Below, one piece after another: positions 1 to 11,923 of a DNA stretch of 64,000 nt. This DNA comes from Candidatus Latescibacterota bacterium. GTDB taxonomy: Bacteria; Latescibacterota; UBA2968. Under the pieces are notes generated by a model. It was not told the origin of the DNA. It worked only from the letters and a program-made list of their open reading frames with translations, and did no database searches. Position 1 is the stretch's first letter. Every line of letters starts with the position of its first letter. The position numbers and the translations under genes were made by a program. The stretch spans positions 2,176,001-2,240,000 of the forward strand of contig OZ240241.1 in the NCBI GenBank assembly GCA_965198115.1, read 5' to 3'.

Positions 1-1056
1 CTCTCGACGAGCTGCGGAACGATCAAGATCCGGCGTCCCCGGGTTCGTGGTCTGGAAGAGCGGTTTGAAAGCCGCATCCTCCCCCTGTTCGCCCGGAGAA
101 CCAGGGCCATTGGAGATCTGCTTCCCGACCTTTATCTCCACGGTCTCTCCCAGGGCGACTTCGAGTTGTCTTTGCGTGCGCTGCTCGGTGATGGCGCGCC
201 GCTTTCGCCGACCTCGATCGCTCGTCTTCGAGGGAAGTGGGAGGTCGACTTCCAGGACTGGAAAGAAAGGCGTCTGGATAATCGCGAACTGGTCTACGCC
301 TGGGCTGATGGCATCTACGTCAAAGCCGGGCTCGAGCGCGAGAAGGCGTGTCTGCTGGTCGTGATCGGCGCGATGAGCGACGGCAGCAAGGAGATCCTGG
401 CGATAGAACCCGGTTATCGAGAGTCTACAGAATCCTGGCTCACGGTGCTCCGGGATCTCCGGGATCGCGGGCTCGAACATCCTGTCCTGATCGCCGCGGA
501 CGGGAATATGGGCATCTGGGCGGCCGTTGATCAGGTCTGGCCAGAGAGCCGGCAACAACGGTGCTGGAACCACAAGATCCTCAACGTGCTCGACAAGGTC
601 GCCAAGCGTGCACAGGCTGAAGCCCGCGCACTGCTCGTCCAGATCCCCTATGCCGGCACGAAAAAGGAGGCCGAGAAGCTCCGGAAACGCTTTGCCGCAC
701 GGTATCGCTCACAGTTCCCTGCCGCCGTGGAGACGCTCGAAAGAAACTGGGATCGGATGGTCACGTTCTACGACTTCCCGAAGGAACACTGGAAACACCT
801 GAGAACCACGAACGTCGTCGAGAGCCCCTTTGCTTCCGTTCGGCTTCGCACAAACGCCGCCAGGCGATTCAAGAAAGTCAGGAACGCCACGGCTCTCATC
901 TGGCGTACGCTCAAGGTCGCAGAGAGCCGATTCAGGAAACTCACCGCGCCACACTTGCTACAACAAGTCTACGATCAGAAACACTCAACCGAACCGCAGG
1001 TCGAAGCCGGGAAGATGGCCGCCTGATTTCTTTTACACACCTATTGACCTGAGCTC
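1..1056 (+). mobile_element. IS256-family element, left part outside window; transposase frame open from base 1 to stop at 1026
   Basis: LYLHGLSQGDF, WADGIYVK, QQRCWNHK and HLRTTNVVESPF motifs of mutator-type transposases; right end ttttacacacctattgac...gagctc. Confidence 0.9.
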
Positions 1057-1969
1057 AAACAGGTCGTTTCTATTCTCAAGCGCTTGGTGGAACACCTACG
1101 CGGATCTTGGCCAAACGTGGAGATCATCGTTCGCGCAGACTCAAAGTTCAGCTCACCAGAGATGCACGATTTCTGCGAAGACAACGGTATCTACTACGTT
1201 CTGGGCCAGGGCGCCAACTCCAAGCTCAAAGCGGCTGGACAAAACCTGATGGACCAAGCGCTACGTCTGAGCGAGCATAAGGAGACGATTCGCTTGTTCT
1301 CATCCTTCTCATATCAGGCTGGCACCTACCGGCAGCCTCGCCGGATCATTCACAAGGCTGAAGTCACAAACGGCGAAGCAAATCCAAGATACCGCGTGAC
1401 CAATTTACAGAGTAATCGAGACGGCTTTATCTATGATCGTATCTACTGCGCAAGGGGACGCACGGAAGGCTTCATCAAGGACCACAAAACATTCCTTCAC
1501 TCCGATCGAACATCGTGCCACAAGTTTGAAGCCAACCAGTTCCGACTCTTTCTACACAGTGCTGCATACGCCTTGCTTCACGCACTCCGATCACAGGGAC
1601 TCAAGGGCACCGCGTGGACCAAACCTCAGGTCAACACGATACAGAACCGTTTCCTCAAAATCGGCGCGAGAGTCATTGAAAGCGCACGAAGAATCCGATT
1701 CCATTTTCCAACATCGTATCCACTCAAAAACGTCTTGGTGTCAATCATCACCAGGCTCGAAACGAACACGCAGTAACAACGCCGATCTATACCGGGGACA
1801 GCTATGTACACGTCGCAAAACAACACCTGTTCCGGACGAAAATCGTGACTCTTGCGACTCGTAGAGACCGCTTACGGGACCTTGGACATCCGAAGAAGCC
1901 GAGAACAAATCCTGTGCGTGATCACATCACTCCAAAACAACCTAAACTCAAATTCATGCATGATTCAGG
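1057..1969 (+). mobile_element. IS1380-family element, 3' part (transposase C-terminal fragment to 1776), interrupted by the IS256 element
   Basis: IIVRADS, YCARGRTEGFIKDHK, SDRTSCHKFEANQFRLFLH; right end ...catgattcagg followed by ctaa. Confidence 0.85.
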
Positions 1970-2299
1970 CTAAAGTTCGCACTCCTTCTCGTGACCATCC
2001 TCTTCATTTCGAAAGCGATGACCGAAACGATGGGAGTCCAGGGCTTACTTCTGACGGCCGGCATTGCCGGGCTCGGGGATGCGAGTGCTCTGACCATCTC
2101 CGCAGCCCGTCTGACAGAAACATCCGCCATCGGTATGGAGCAGGCAGTCTGGGCGATCTGGTTGGCCATCGCAGCAAACGCACTCGCCAAGTGGATCCTC
2201 GCCGTCACACGAGGTGGTAAGCCACTTGCTTTCTGGCTCGTCGGCGGATTTCTCACCATGCTCGGCGTAGGCATCGGCCTGACACTTTTACTCATCTGA
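1970..2299 (+). pseudogene. C-terminal fragment of DUF4010/MgtC-SapB-like membrane protein
   Basis: KFALLL...GIAGLGDASALTISAARL...AIAANALAK pattern; starts directly at the IS1380 end. Confidence 0.65.
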
Positions 2300-2302
2300 G
2301 CC

Positions 2303-4001
2303 ATGGCCCTCGTTCTCCTCGTCTTGATGCTCGCCGGGGCAATCGTGGGGCGATGTCTCCCCGAGCACGATGGCGCGATGCGCGCTGCCGATCTGCTGCT
2401 CCGGCTATCGATCTTTGCACTCCTTTTCTTTGGCTATATCCGGATCTCTCAACGAGATGAAGTGGGTGAAGGTGCCGTGGTTCCTGGCATGGGGGGCGCG
2501 GTTAGAGTGTGCGGAACCTCTTCGGAATCTGCTCAGGGATGTTTATGTCTCCGACGGTAAGGAAGATCATATCGTTGAATGCGTCGAGTGTGCGGAATCC
2601 GCTGGCTCGGTTCTTGACGATTTGGACGATTCGGTTGAGGCCTTCGGCGATGGCGTTGGTAAGACGCGTGTTCACGAATGCGAGGACGCCGAAGAAGTGC
2701 TGTCGCAGGGTCCTGACGAACTTTCGCAGGGGTTCAAGTCGACTTCTGAGTGCGGACGTCGTCCAGCATTTCAGGAAGCGTTCGGCAGCCCAGGGCGCTT
2801 TGTATTCCCAGAACTGCTCGAACTCGTCCTTGAGTCTCCAGGCTCTATAGATTCGGTAGTTCGCCTTCTCCAGTGCTTTGAGTGTCCGAGTATCCCCTCT
2901 GGAGCGTGTCGCTGAGTGCCGGTAGAGGAGCCATCGGAGGCCCTTCATGGCTTTGCGCTCATCCGGGGCAGCTTTACGCCACTGGTCCTTACGGACCTCG
3001 TCAACGGCGGCATTGAGAGCCTTGACGATGTGAAAGCGATCGAGGACCAGCTTGGCATTCGGACAGTGTTCCTGGATGGCTCCGATGTAAGCTTCGCTCA
3101 TGTCGCAGCAGGCCCACTCGATCTTGGATCTCCGGTAGGGACTGAGAGCCTCTGTGAAGAACCGATCGATCGTTTTACGCGCCCTGCCGCGGCCAACCCA
3201 CACCACGCAGGAGCGGTCCAGATCGTAAACGAGCGTGGCGTACCTGTGACGCTTGGCGTAGGAGATCTCGTCGATCCCGATGGTTTTGAGCCCTCGGATA
3301 CGATGACCTTCACGAAGCCGCGTGATGGATCGGTGAAGGAGATCCGACAGCGTCGAGGCAGAGATGCGCAGTAACTCGGACGCCGCCTTCTGCGTCATGG
3401 TCTGGCAGTAGCGCAGCATGGCATACTCGAAGCGATACGTCACCCGAGAGAACCGCTCCGCCCACGGAATCTCCTCGACCACACGACCGTGGGTAGGACA
3501 CCGAATCTCCCGAGGATGGTAGAGAAGCCAGACCCTCCACCCGCACACCGGAATGTCACGCCACCGACGCGGATGGGGCATTGTGCGGACGATTTTACCT
3601 CGACGGCCGCACTCCGGACAACAACAACCATTCTTATGTGGCTTTACGGCGATGACGAAGCAGCTTCTCCCCTCAAACCACCAGCTGACAACACGGAACC
3701 CCTTGAATCTCAGCAGTTTCGATAGTAATCTGCTCCCGGTCATAGGTCTCACCCCCTTCGCTTTGATTGTCCTACACACACAACCAAGCGTAGGGAACGA
3801 TCTATGACCTTGTCATTCTATAGTTTCACCGTTGAGAAACCCGGATAGAGCCTTTTCTTTCTCGGCATCGATATCGGCGGCAATGACGACGTCTTTGTGA
3901 GTCTGGACACGATCGGGTTCGAAGCCGTCGCCATCGCCGTCGCCGGAATCCTCGGATGCGGCCCGTTCGCGATGCTGCTTCGCAGGTCGATTCGCCTGTG
4001 A
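2303..4001 (+). pseudogene. LysO/DUF340-family small subunit split by ISL3 (2303-2431 + 3861-4001)
   Basis: Removing the IS and one TSD copy restores an in-frame ...IFALLFF|LGIDIGGNDD...RSIRL* whose stop overlaps the next ATG. Confidence 0.75.
2432..3852 (-). mobile_element. ISL3-family IS copy 1, intact; transposase 2502-3743
   Basis: 23-bp imperfect IRs ggctctatccgggtttctcaacg / ggctatatccggatctctcaacg; 8-bp TSD ttttcttt; CPECG zinc finger, IGIDE, CCDMS, LDRFH, TNAIAEGLN. Confidence 0.95.
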
Positions 4002-4597
4002 TGACGAGCCTCGCCATCGCGGGCAGCTTCATCATCGGTGTCGTACTCGGGCGGCTCGGCCGCGTCCCCGACGTCCTCGACAATCCCGACCTCAGTGTCT
4101 GGACGCTCTACCTCCTGATCTTCATCGTCGGCGTCATCGTCGGTCTGGACCGCCGTGTGCCCGCTTCTTTGCGCTCGACGGGATGGAAAATCGTGGCCGT
4201 CCCCTGCGCCGCCATAGTGGGAACGGCCTTCGGCGTCCTGCTCCTTGCACCGTTCCTCGCCGCCGCCTTCAACCACGTCCTTGCCGTGGGTTTCGGCCTG
4301 GGTTACTACAGCCTGTCGTCGATCCTGATCGGCCAGATTGTGGATGACCGACTCGCGCTCGTGGCGTTGCTTGCCAACGTGGTTCGCGAGCTCATTACCG
4401 TGACTTGTGCGCCCGTTCTCGTTCGGTTCTTCGGACCCTTCGCCCCCATCCTGGCCGGCGGCGCCACGACGATGGACACCACGCTCCCCGCAATCATCTT
4501 CTCCTCTGGACGCGAGTATGTCCCGATCTCGGTTTTCAACAGTGCCGCCCTTACGCTCGTCGTGCCCGCCCTCGTGATTGGGGCGTTGTCTCTATGA
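4001..4597 (+). CDS. LysO (DUF340) family lysine exporter-like membrane protein
   Basis: GFGLGYYSLSSILI, LANVVRELIT, GGATTMDTTLP motifs. Confidence 0.85.
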   Translation: MTSLAIAGSFIIGVVLGRLGRVPDVLDNPDLSVWTLYLLIFIVGVIVGLDRRVPASLRSTGWKIVAVPCAAIVGTAFGVLLLAPFLAAAFNHVLAVGFGLGYYSLSSILIGQIVDDRLALVALLANVVRELITVTCAPVLVRFFGPFAPILAGGATTMDTTLPAIIFSSGREYVPISVFNSAALTLVVPALVIGALSL

Positions 4598-4611
4598 ACG
4601 TGATCCAAGTC

Positions 4612-4635
4612 AGTTTTCCGGTCGTCCGGAAAACT
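4612..4635. other. Perfect 10-bp hairpin downstream of lysO-like gene
   Basis: agttttccgg-tcgt-ccggaaaact; no clear U-tract. Confidence 0.4.
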
Positions 4636-5028
4636 CGACTCGCTGGGCAGATCAGACACGCGCCCTTGCTCTGACCCGGTCGAATTCGTCGCGCCAAGTT
4701 AATTGTCCGATCGATCGGACAAATGACAACCAAGAGGTTGAATTGTGGCTGCCTGGACACGTAAGGCAACGAGACATGAGAACATGCGGCGATTCCTATG
4801 ACCCCGAGGGGACTGCATGCCGTGGCCCTACAAGCAAAACTCTGACGTGAGGTACGACAGGTAGAACGGTAACTACCGTTGCCCATCTCGACTCTTCAGA
4901 TACTTGTAGATCCGCGGACGATGCGTTCCCAGAAGCTTGGCGGCGGCCGAGAAAAGGCGAATATTTACGTCAGCTTGATTTATGTAAACGCCAGAGGAAG
5001 CTCGGTAAACAACCGTCAGGAGAGTTGA

Positions 5029-5778
5029 ATGCCCCAGGAGGAAAGAAAACTCGAAGGAAAAGTCACCGTCGTCACCGGCGGAGGTCGCGGCATCGGAGCC
5101 GCGATCGCGATCGCCTGTGCAAGGGAGGGAGCCCGTCTTGCCCTAGTTGCCAGAACGGTCGAGCAGCTGAACGACGTCGCCAAAGTCATCGATGAGGTGG
5201 GCGCAGACGTCACGACCATCCCGACGGACGTCACAGACCAGCTCCAGACCGACGCCATGGCTCAATCGGTTCGTGAATACTTCGGTCGAGTCGACATCCT
5301 TTTCAACAACGCCGGCGGTGGAAGTGAACGACGGCCCGTCGCGGAAAGCGAGCCGAACCAGTGGATCTATGACGTCACCCTCAACCTGACCAGCGCCTAT
5401 CTCGTCACCCACGCCCTCCTCCCGCTGATGATCGAATCAGGTGGCGGCAAGATCATTAACACCGGATCGGGGATGGGCCATAGACCAGGCTCGGGAAGCT
5501 CCGCTTATCGCGTCGGCAAGGCGGGTATGTGGATGCTCACTCAGTGTCTGGCCGAGGAGCTCTGGGAGCACGGCATCACCGTCAACGAGCTGATCCCCGG
5601 CCCAGTCGCCACCGCCGCCACCAAAGGCCGGATGGAGGTCGGGGGACCCCCTCCGTTCGCACCGAGCGAATACGTCAAGGGTCCGGAGGACGTCGTGCCC
5701 CTCGCGATGTGGCTCGCCACTCAACCCGACCACGGCCCGACGGCGCAGAGCTTCAGTCTGACACGGAGGCCGATTTAG
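5029..5778 (+). CDS. SDR family oxidoreductase
   Basis: TGGGRGIG, NNAG, YxxxK (YRVGK). Confidence 0.9.
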   Translation: MPQEERKLEGKVTVVTGGGRGIGAAIAIACAREGARLALVARTVEQLNDVAKVIDEVGADVTTIPTDVTDQLQTDAMAQSVREYFGRVDILFNNAGGGSERRPVAESEPNQWIYDVTLNLTSAYLVTHALLPLMIESGGGKIINTGSGMGHRPGSGSSAYRVGKAGMWMLTQCLAEELWEHGITVNELIPGPVATAATKGRMEVGGPPPFAPSEYVKGPEDVVPLAMWLATQPDHGPTAQSFSLTRRPI

Positions 5779-5865
5779 ACCTGCCTGCGAAGGGCAGGGG
5801 AGAACGCACGGAAGTCCAAGCCATTCGTCTGCTCCCAACGGTGTCCCCGACACTCGGAGAACGCA

Positions 5866-7143
5866 TTGACCACCCGCAACGTCATCAGCATCGCCAGCTT
5901 CACCTTCGTCTGGTTTCTCGCGTCCTCACCCGTCCACGCCGCCGACAGCTTGCTGCTGAAGAAGGGCGATCGGATCGCGATGGTCGGAGACTCGATCACC
6001 CAGCAGCGGCATTACACCGGGTTCATCGAGTCCTATCTTCTTGCGGCGTATCCACACCTCGACCTTCAGCTCAGGCAGTTCGGACTCGGAGGCGAGCGAG
6101 CGCCTCAGTTCGCAAAACGGATGCATATCGTCCTGATGCCGTGGCATCCGGACGTCGTCACAACGTGCTACGGGATGAACGACGGACGGTATATCGCTTA
6201 CGAGGACCGGATCGGTCAGCTCTACGAGGAAGGCATGACGGCCTCGTCGACGGCATTCTGGGGCTAGACGCAACCGTTCTGGTTGGCTCGCCAGGCGTCG
6301 TCGACACGCATACATGGTACACGCGAAGTCGAAACATCTCGGCCGAGATGTATAACTCCAGCCTCGCGACCCTCAGTGGAATCGGAAAGCGTCTCGCGCA
6401 AGCCAGAGAGTTGCCCTTCGCCGACGTCCACGAGGCAATGATGCGGGCGATGGTGTCGGCCAAAGCGTCCTACGGAGAGATGTATGTCGTCGGGGGGCGC
6501 GACGGCATCCATCCCCAGGCGAACGGCGCGTTCGTGATGGCCTATGTGTTCCTCAGAGGCCTGGGGCTCGACGGGCGCATCGGCCGGAATCGACGTGGAT
6601 TGGGCGAGGTCGACCACCAATGCAACAGAAGGCCATCGCGTGCTGTCCGTGAGGGGCGGGACGATCGAGGTGGAAAGCAGCCGGTATCCATTCTGCCACT
6701 TCGGGGACTCGACCGACATCGAGGGCACGCGAAGCATCCTTCCCCACATTCCGTTTCAGGATGAACTCAATCGGTTCGACCTCGTCGTCGCGGGTTTCCC
6801 ATCGGACGACGCGCGAGTCACGTGGGGCCATAGGTCCATCGTCGTCGACCGACTTAGGCTGGAGCACGGCCTGAATCTAGCCGACGCCTTCCTGGCCAAC
6901 CCTTTCAGCGGCCAATTCGCCGAAGTCCGCGCGCGCGTCGACGAAAAACAGAAGTACGAATCGAACCTGATGCGCTCCATCACCAACTTCAGCGCGATCA
7001 ACCAGCTGTTCGGCGACGGCGAAACGAGGGAAGCTTCCGATGTCATCATCAAGAAGCTGAGAGATCGCCATACGGAGATGCACAACGCAGTCCGGAGCGC
7101 CATCACCCCGCTCGTCCACACCATCCACATCGAGCCGCTGTGA
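5866..7143 (+). pseudogene. SGNH/GDSL hydrolase, secreted, two frameshifts (~6243, ~6588)
   Basis: GDSIT, YGMND, DGIHP blocks spread over three frames. Confidence 0.75.
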
Positions 7144-7277
7144 AGATCGAAATGGACCCGGCTCAACAGCGTACGCGGGGGACAAAGTTCCTCTCCAAGG
7201 GTCTTTAAGTAAAAAGGGCCGGCGCCGCGAAGCGGTCCGAGCCCCAATACTCGATTCTCGATGTTTAATTTTCGATT

Positions 7278-8074
7278 CTAGTGCCCTTCAAGGGCCTTCC
7301 TCATCCCCTCCCCATTCTCCTTCAACCAGCTGATCCAAACGCTCACATCCGTTCCAATACAAAAATGCCGCACTCCCATATCCAGATATTTCTTCGCCTG
7401 ATCAGGTGAGGTGATTTCGCCGCGTGGATGGATACCCATCGCAAGACACGTCTCGATCACCTTCTTCTCCGTGGCAACGACGGCTGGATCGCTGTGCTGC
7501 TGATTCTTCCCGATGCTCAGAGCGTAGTCGCCAGGCCCGAACTGAACCATATCTAGCCCCTTCACCGACAGCATCGCCTCCAGGTTTTCCACCGCGGGAT
7601 CCTTCTCGATCATAATCGCGATCACCGCATCTTCCAGCGCCTGAACGAACGCCTCGGATCCCGACTCGGCACCGAAACGCACGTAGCGACGCATGTTCAC
7701 GCCGTGCTGCCCACCCGTTTCGGGCGTCTCCGCACGAACGGCTCTCACGGCCTCCTCTACGTCCTCCGGCGTCCTGGGATCGGCGAACAGCAGGTTCTGG
7801 ATGCCCGCCCCCATCGCCCGGTTCGCGATGTGACCACGCGGTTCCTGTTCGATCTTGATCATCGAGCTGAAGTTGTCGAACAGGTCGACCGCTCTTCCCA
7901 GATTGTCGAACGTGTGCAAATCGTAGGGCGCGTATTCCGACACATACTCCACGTAATCGAACACCCCAGACTGGCCGACCATCTCGATGATCGACGGCCA
8001 CGGGCTGTGTGAACGTGGGTCCCCAGGCTGGGTTTACCTTCACGGATCAGATTTCTCAGATGATTCGGTCGCAC
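7278..8074 (-). pseudogene. HpcH/HpaI aldolase family, frameshift near 8008
   Basis: MRPNHLRNLIREGKPSLGTH N-terminus in a different frame from AIMIEK and FGPGDYALSIG. Confidence 0.8.
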
Positions 8075-8261
8075 AGATGTTCTCCTCTCTCGTTCGGTCT
8101 CGTCAACGGAGAACCAAACTACCTCACGACAAGTCCGGGGGCAAAAGAAACGGACCGACGCTCGCTGAGAACGCCGGCCGTTTCTCGTCTACCGTCTGTC
8201 GTCACCGTCTGCCTGCCCGCCATAGCAGGCGTCTCTGCCTGCGAAGGAGGCCCGTCTGTTG

Positions 8262-8582
8262 CTACTCCAGGAACCGACTCATCGGCACCTGGATCCACGC
8301 TCGGCTCAGATAGTCGCTCAGGGTCAACCCCAGAAGGATGAGCAGCCACAGGAACCCCGCAGCGGCGAAAATCCACGTCAGTCGGCTGCTGTACTTCACG
8401 TGCATGAAGAACAGGACGACGAGCAGCCCCTTCGTCACGGCGATCGACATCGCCACCACGTCGTTCAGACCACCCAGATCGATGAATGCCACGTAGACAG
8501 TCACCGCCGTCAGAACCATCAGGGCGAAGAAGATCGCCAGGTATTGGGTCACAGAGCTTATATGATGATCTGCGTGATTCAT
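8262..8582 (-). CDS. Cytochrome c oxidase subunit IV (caa3-type)
   Basis: YLAIFFALMVLT...IAVTKGLLVVLFFMHVK; last gene of the cox operon. Confidence 0.85.
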   Translation of the reverse strand: MNHADHHISSVTQYLAIFFALMVLTAVTVYVAFIDLGGLNDVVAMSIAVTKGLLVVLFFMHVKYSSRLTWIFAAAGFLWLLILLGLTLSDYLSRAWIQVPMSRFLE

Positions 8583-8608
8583 GAGAGGCTCAAGGGTGGG
8601 AGATTGAA

Positions 8609-8674
<66 letters not shown>

Positions 8675-9334
8675 CTAAGTTCTCCCCAGCAGATACAGCA
8701 GGGGGAACAGGAAGATCCACACGATGTCCACGAAGTGCCAGTAGAGGCCCACCATTTCGACAGGTGCGTAGTACTCGGCGGTGAACCCGCCTCTTGCCGC
8801 CTTCAAGATCAGCCAGATCATCAGACCCGCGCCGATAATCATGTGGAAAGCGTGCATTCCCGTCATGGCAAAGTAGAGCCCGAAGTAAAGCTCCATCTGC
8901 ACTGGATAGGCTCCATCGGGGCCGAACCCGAACACCGTTCCGGGAACGAGGTGTTCGTGAAACTTGTGTGAGTACTCCACCGCCTTGATGCCGAGAAAGA
9001 CGCTGCCCAGGATCAACGTCAGGACCAGGAACAGGATGATCCCGTTCCGCCTCCCCAGCTGTCCCTCGCGAACGGCGAACGCCATGGTCAGGCTGCTGAA
9101 AATGAGCACCGCCGTGTTGATCGCCCCGAGCTTCACGTCGAGGTGGTGGCTGCCCGCCTCCCACGCATCGGGATAATACGTCCGATAGACGAGATAGGCA
9201 CAGAAGAGACCGCCGAAGAACAGAATCTCCGTAATCAGAAACGTCCACATGCCGAGCGTGGCGCACTCTTTCTGCTGCGCCATATCCTCGAACTGATGGG
9301 CGAATCCGATCGGATGCTCCGCGTGGTCAGCCAT
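8675..9334 (-). CDS. Cytochrome c oxidase subunit III
   Basis: [45 protein letters not shown]. Confidence 0.95.
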   Translation of the reverse strand: MADHAEHPIGFAHQFEDMAQQKECATLGMWTFLITEILFFGGLFCAYLVYRTYYPDAWEAGSHHLDVKLGAINTAVLIFSSLTMAFAVREGQLGRRNGIILFLVLTLILGSVFLGIKAVEYSHKFHEHLVPGTVFGFGPDGAYPVQMELYFGLYFAMTGMHAFHMIIGAGLMIWLILKAARGGFTAEYYAPVEMVGLYWHFVDIVWIFLFPLLYLLGRT

Positions 9335-10976
9335 GCCCGCCTCCCTCCGGCATGTCACCGTAGCCGTAGGCCTCCTCGGTCACCGTCGGCGTCTCCGCAA
9401 AGTTCAGCGTCGGAGGCAGCGACGTCGTTTCCCATTCGAGGCCCTTCGCTCCCCAGGGATTCGACCCGGCCAGCGGTCCGTAGCGCAGCGACCACAACAG
9501 GTAGATCAAAGGAACGGCGTAGCCCACGGCCAGGATCGACGCTCCCGCCGTCGACAGGACGTTCAACACCTGGAACTCATCCGGGTAGGCGTGGTAGCGA
9601 CGTGGCATGCCCAGGTACCCCAGCAGGAATTGAGGAAAGAACGTCAGGTTGAACCCGACGAACACCAGCAGCGCCGCGAACCGTGCCCATCCCTCCGGAT
9701 ACAGTCTTCCGGTCATCTTCGGCCACCAGTAATGGATCGCTCCCAGGTAACCCATCAGCGTCCCGCCGACCATGATGTAGTGAAAGTGGGCGACGACGAA
9801 GTAGGTGTCGTGTAAGTGAATGTCTGTTGCCAGCGAGGCGAGGAACAGCCCGGTGAGGCCTCCGATCGTGAACAACCCGATGAAGCCTAGGGCGTAGATC
9901 ATCGGCGCCAGATACATCACCGATCCTTTGTAGAGCGTCGCCATCCAGTTGAACACCTTGACCGCCGACGGCACGCCGACGAGGAAGCTCAACACCGAGA
10001 AGATCATACCCGCGTAGACCGATTGGCCGCTCACAAACATGTGATGCCCTCAGACCAGGAATCCGAGGACCGCGATGGCCATGCTCGAGTAGGCGATGAA
10101 CTCGTAGCCGAAAATACGCTTCCGCGAAAACGCCGTGATCAGTTCGCTGATCACGCCCATCGACGGAAGGACCATGATGTAGACAGCGGGATGCGAATAG
10201 AACCAGAAGAGATGTTGGAACAGCACGGGATCTCCGCCCAGCTTCGGGTCGAAAATCCCGATTCCGAACCCGCGTTCCAACGCCACAAGCACGATCGTGA
10301 TCGCCAGGACGGGCGTACCCAGGACCTGAATCAGACTCGTCGCGTAGTGGGCCCACACGAACAGTGGAAGCCGAAACCACGTCATTCCCGGCGCACGCAT
10401 CTTGTGGATTGTGACGATGAAGTTCAACCCCGTCATGATCAAGGAGAACCCGGTGATGAAGATCCCCACTGCCGTCACGATCACGTGGCTGTTGGCGTAG
10501 GTGCTGCTGTAGGGTGTATAGAACGTCCAACCCGTATCCACGCCGCCGACGACGACCGCGTAGAGGGTGATCAGACCGCCGATCGTGTAGACATACCAGC
10601 TCCCGAGGTTCACGCGGGGGAACGCGAGATCCTTCGCGCCGATCATGATCGGGATCAGAAAATTGCCGAACACAGCGGGAATCGACGGGATCAGGAAGAA
10701 GAAAACCATGATGACCCCGTGCATCGTGAACAGCTTGTTGTACGACTCGGCCTGAACCATGTCACCTTCGGGCGTCAGGAGCTCCAGTCGGATGCCGACG
10801 ACGAACAGCCCTCCCAGCACGAAAAACAGCGTAATCGACGCCAGGTAGAGCAGAGCGATTCGCTTGTGGTCGGTCGTCAGCAGCCAGGACCTGATCCCGT
10901 AGCTCACGTTCAGGTAGTGGGTCCGAGGTTGCTCTCCCGGCTCGACGGCCGGTGGTGGGGTAAGCGCGACGCTCAT
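9327..10976 (-). pseudogene. ctaD: Cytochrome c oxidase subunit I with in-frame TGA at 10050-10052
   Basis: [45 protein letters not shown]; both halves in the same frame. Confidence 0.92.
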
Positions 10977-11917
10977 CCCCCCGTCCTTTCAGGCGAGAGT
11001 GACTTCATGTAGGCGATCAGTTCGAGGATCCCCTCCTCGTCGATCTGGCTCGCGAACGTCGGCATCAGTGGTTTGTACCCGGTGATCATCTTGGCGTTGG
11101 GATTCACGATCGACTCTCTCAAGTATCCGTCATCACGGACGACCGTCGCGCCGTTCTGGAGTGCGGCGGCCTCGCCGTAGATCCCGTCGAGGGCGGGGCC
11201 ACGATTCCCCGAATCCGCACTATGACAGGTATGACACGCGTATTGTTGGAAAAGCCGTTCTCCCGCTTCTGCCATCGTCTCACCCCGGACGCCGCTCTCC
11301 AGCCACGCCTCGTAGTCGGCCGGTTCAAGCGCGACGACCTTGCCGATCATCCTGCTGTGTTCCGTACCGCAGTATTCAGCACAGAAGAGATGAAACTCGC
11401 CGGTCTTGGTCGCTTCGAACCAAACCGACGAATACCGGCCCGGCAGCACATCCATTTTCATCCTGAACGCCGGCACGAAGAAATCGTGGATGACGTCCTC
11501 AGACGTCATCGTCAGTCGAACCGGTTGGTTGACTGGAATGTGCAGCTCGTTGATCTCGCGCCGGCCGGACGGATGCTGCAGCTTCCACATCCACTGTTTA
11601 CCCACGACGAAAACCTCGAGCGCATCGGGAGGCGGCGTCAGCAGGTCGAAGTAGAGCTTGGCCGACCACGCGAAAACACCCAGCCCCAGGACGAGAGGGA
11701 TGATCGACCACGTGAGCTCTAGCCGGAGGTCACCGAGAATCGGTTGAGCGTGCTCGTCTTCCGTCCGTCGTCGGAACTTGATCGCAAAGACGGCGATCAG
11801 AACGAAGATCAGCCCGGAGAAGAAGACACTCAGCCCGACCAGCACGAAAAACAGGCTGTCCACCTGCGCCGCGATCGTCGACGCCTGCTCCGGAAGAAGA
11901 GGAAAGTCTTCTCTCAT
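10973..11917 (-). CDS. ctaC: Cytochrome c oxidase subunit II with C-terminal cytochrome c (caa3)
   Basis: [18 protein letters not shown] CuA site, CHTCH. Confidence 0.95.
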   Translation of the reverse strand: MREDFPLLPEQASTIAAQVDSLFFVLVGLSVFFSGLIFVLIAVFAIKFRRRTEDEHAQPILGDLRLELTWSIIPLVLGLGVFAWSAKLYFDLLTPPPDALEVFVVGKQWMWKLQHPSGRREINELHIPVNQPVRLTMTSEDVIHDFFVPAFRMKMDVLPGRYSSVWFEATKTGEFHLFCAEYCGTEHSRMIGKVVALEPADYEAWLESGVRGETMAEAGERLFQQYACHTCHSADSGNRGPALDGIYGEAAALQNGATVVRDDGYLRESIVNPNAKMITGYKPLMPTFASQIDEEGILELIAYMKSLSPERTGG

Positions 11918-11923
11918 GGAACG

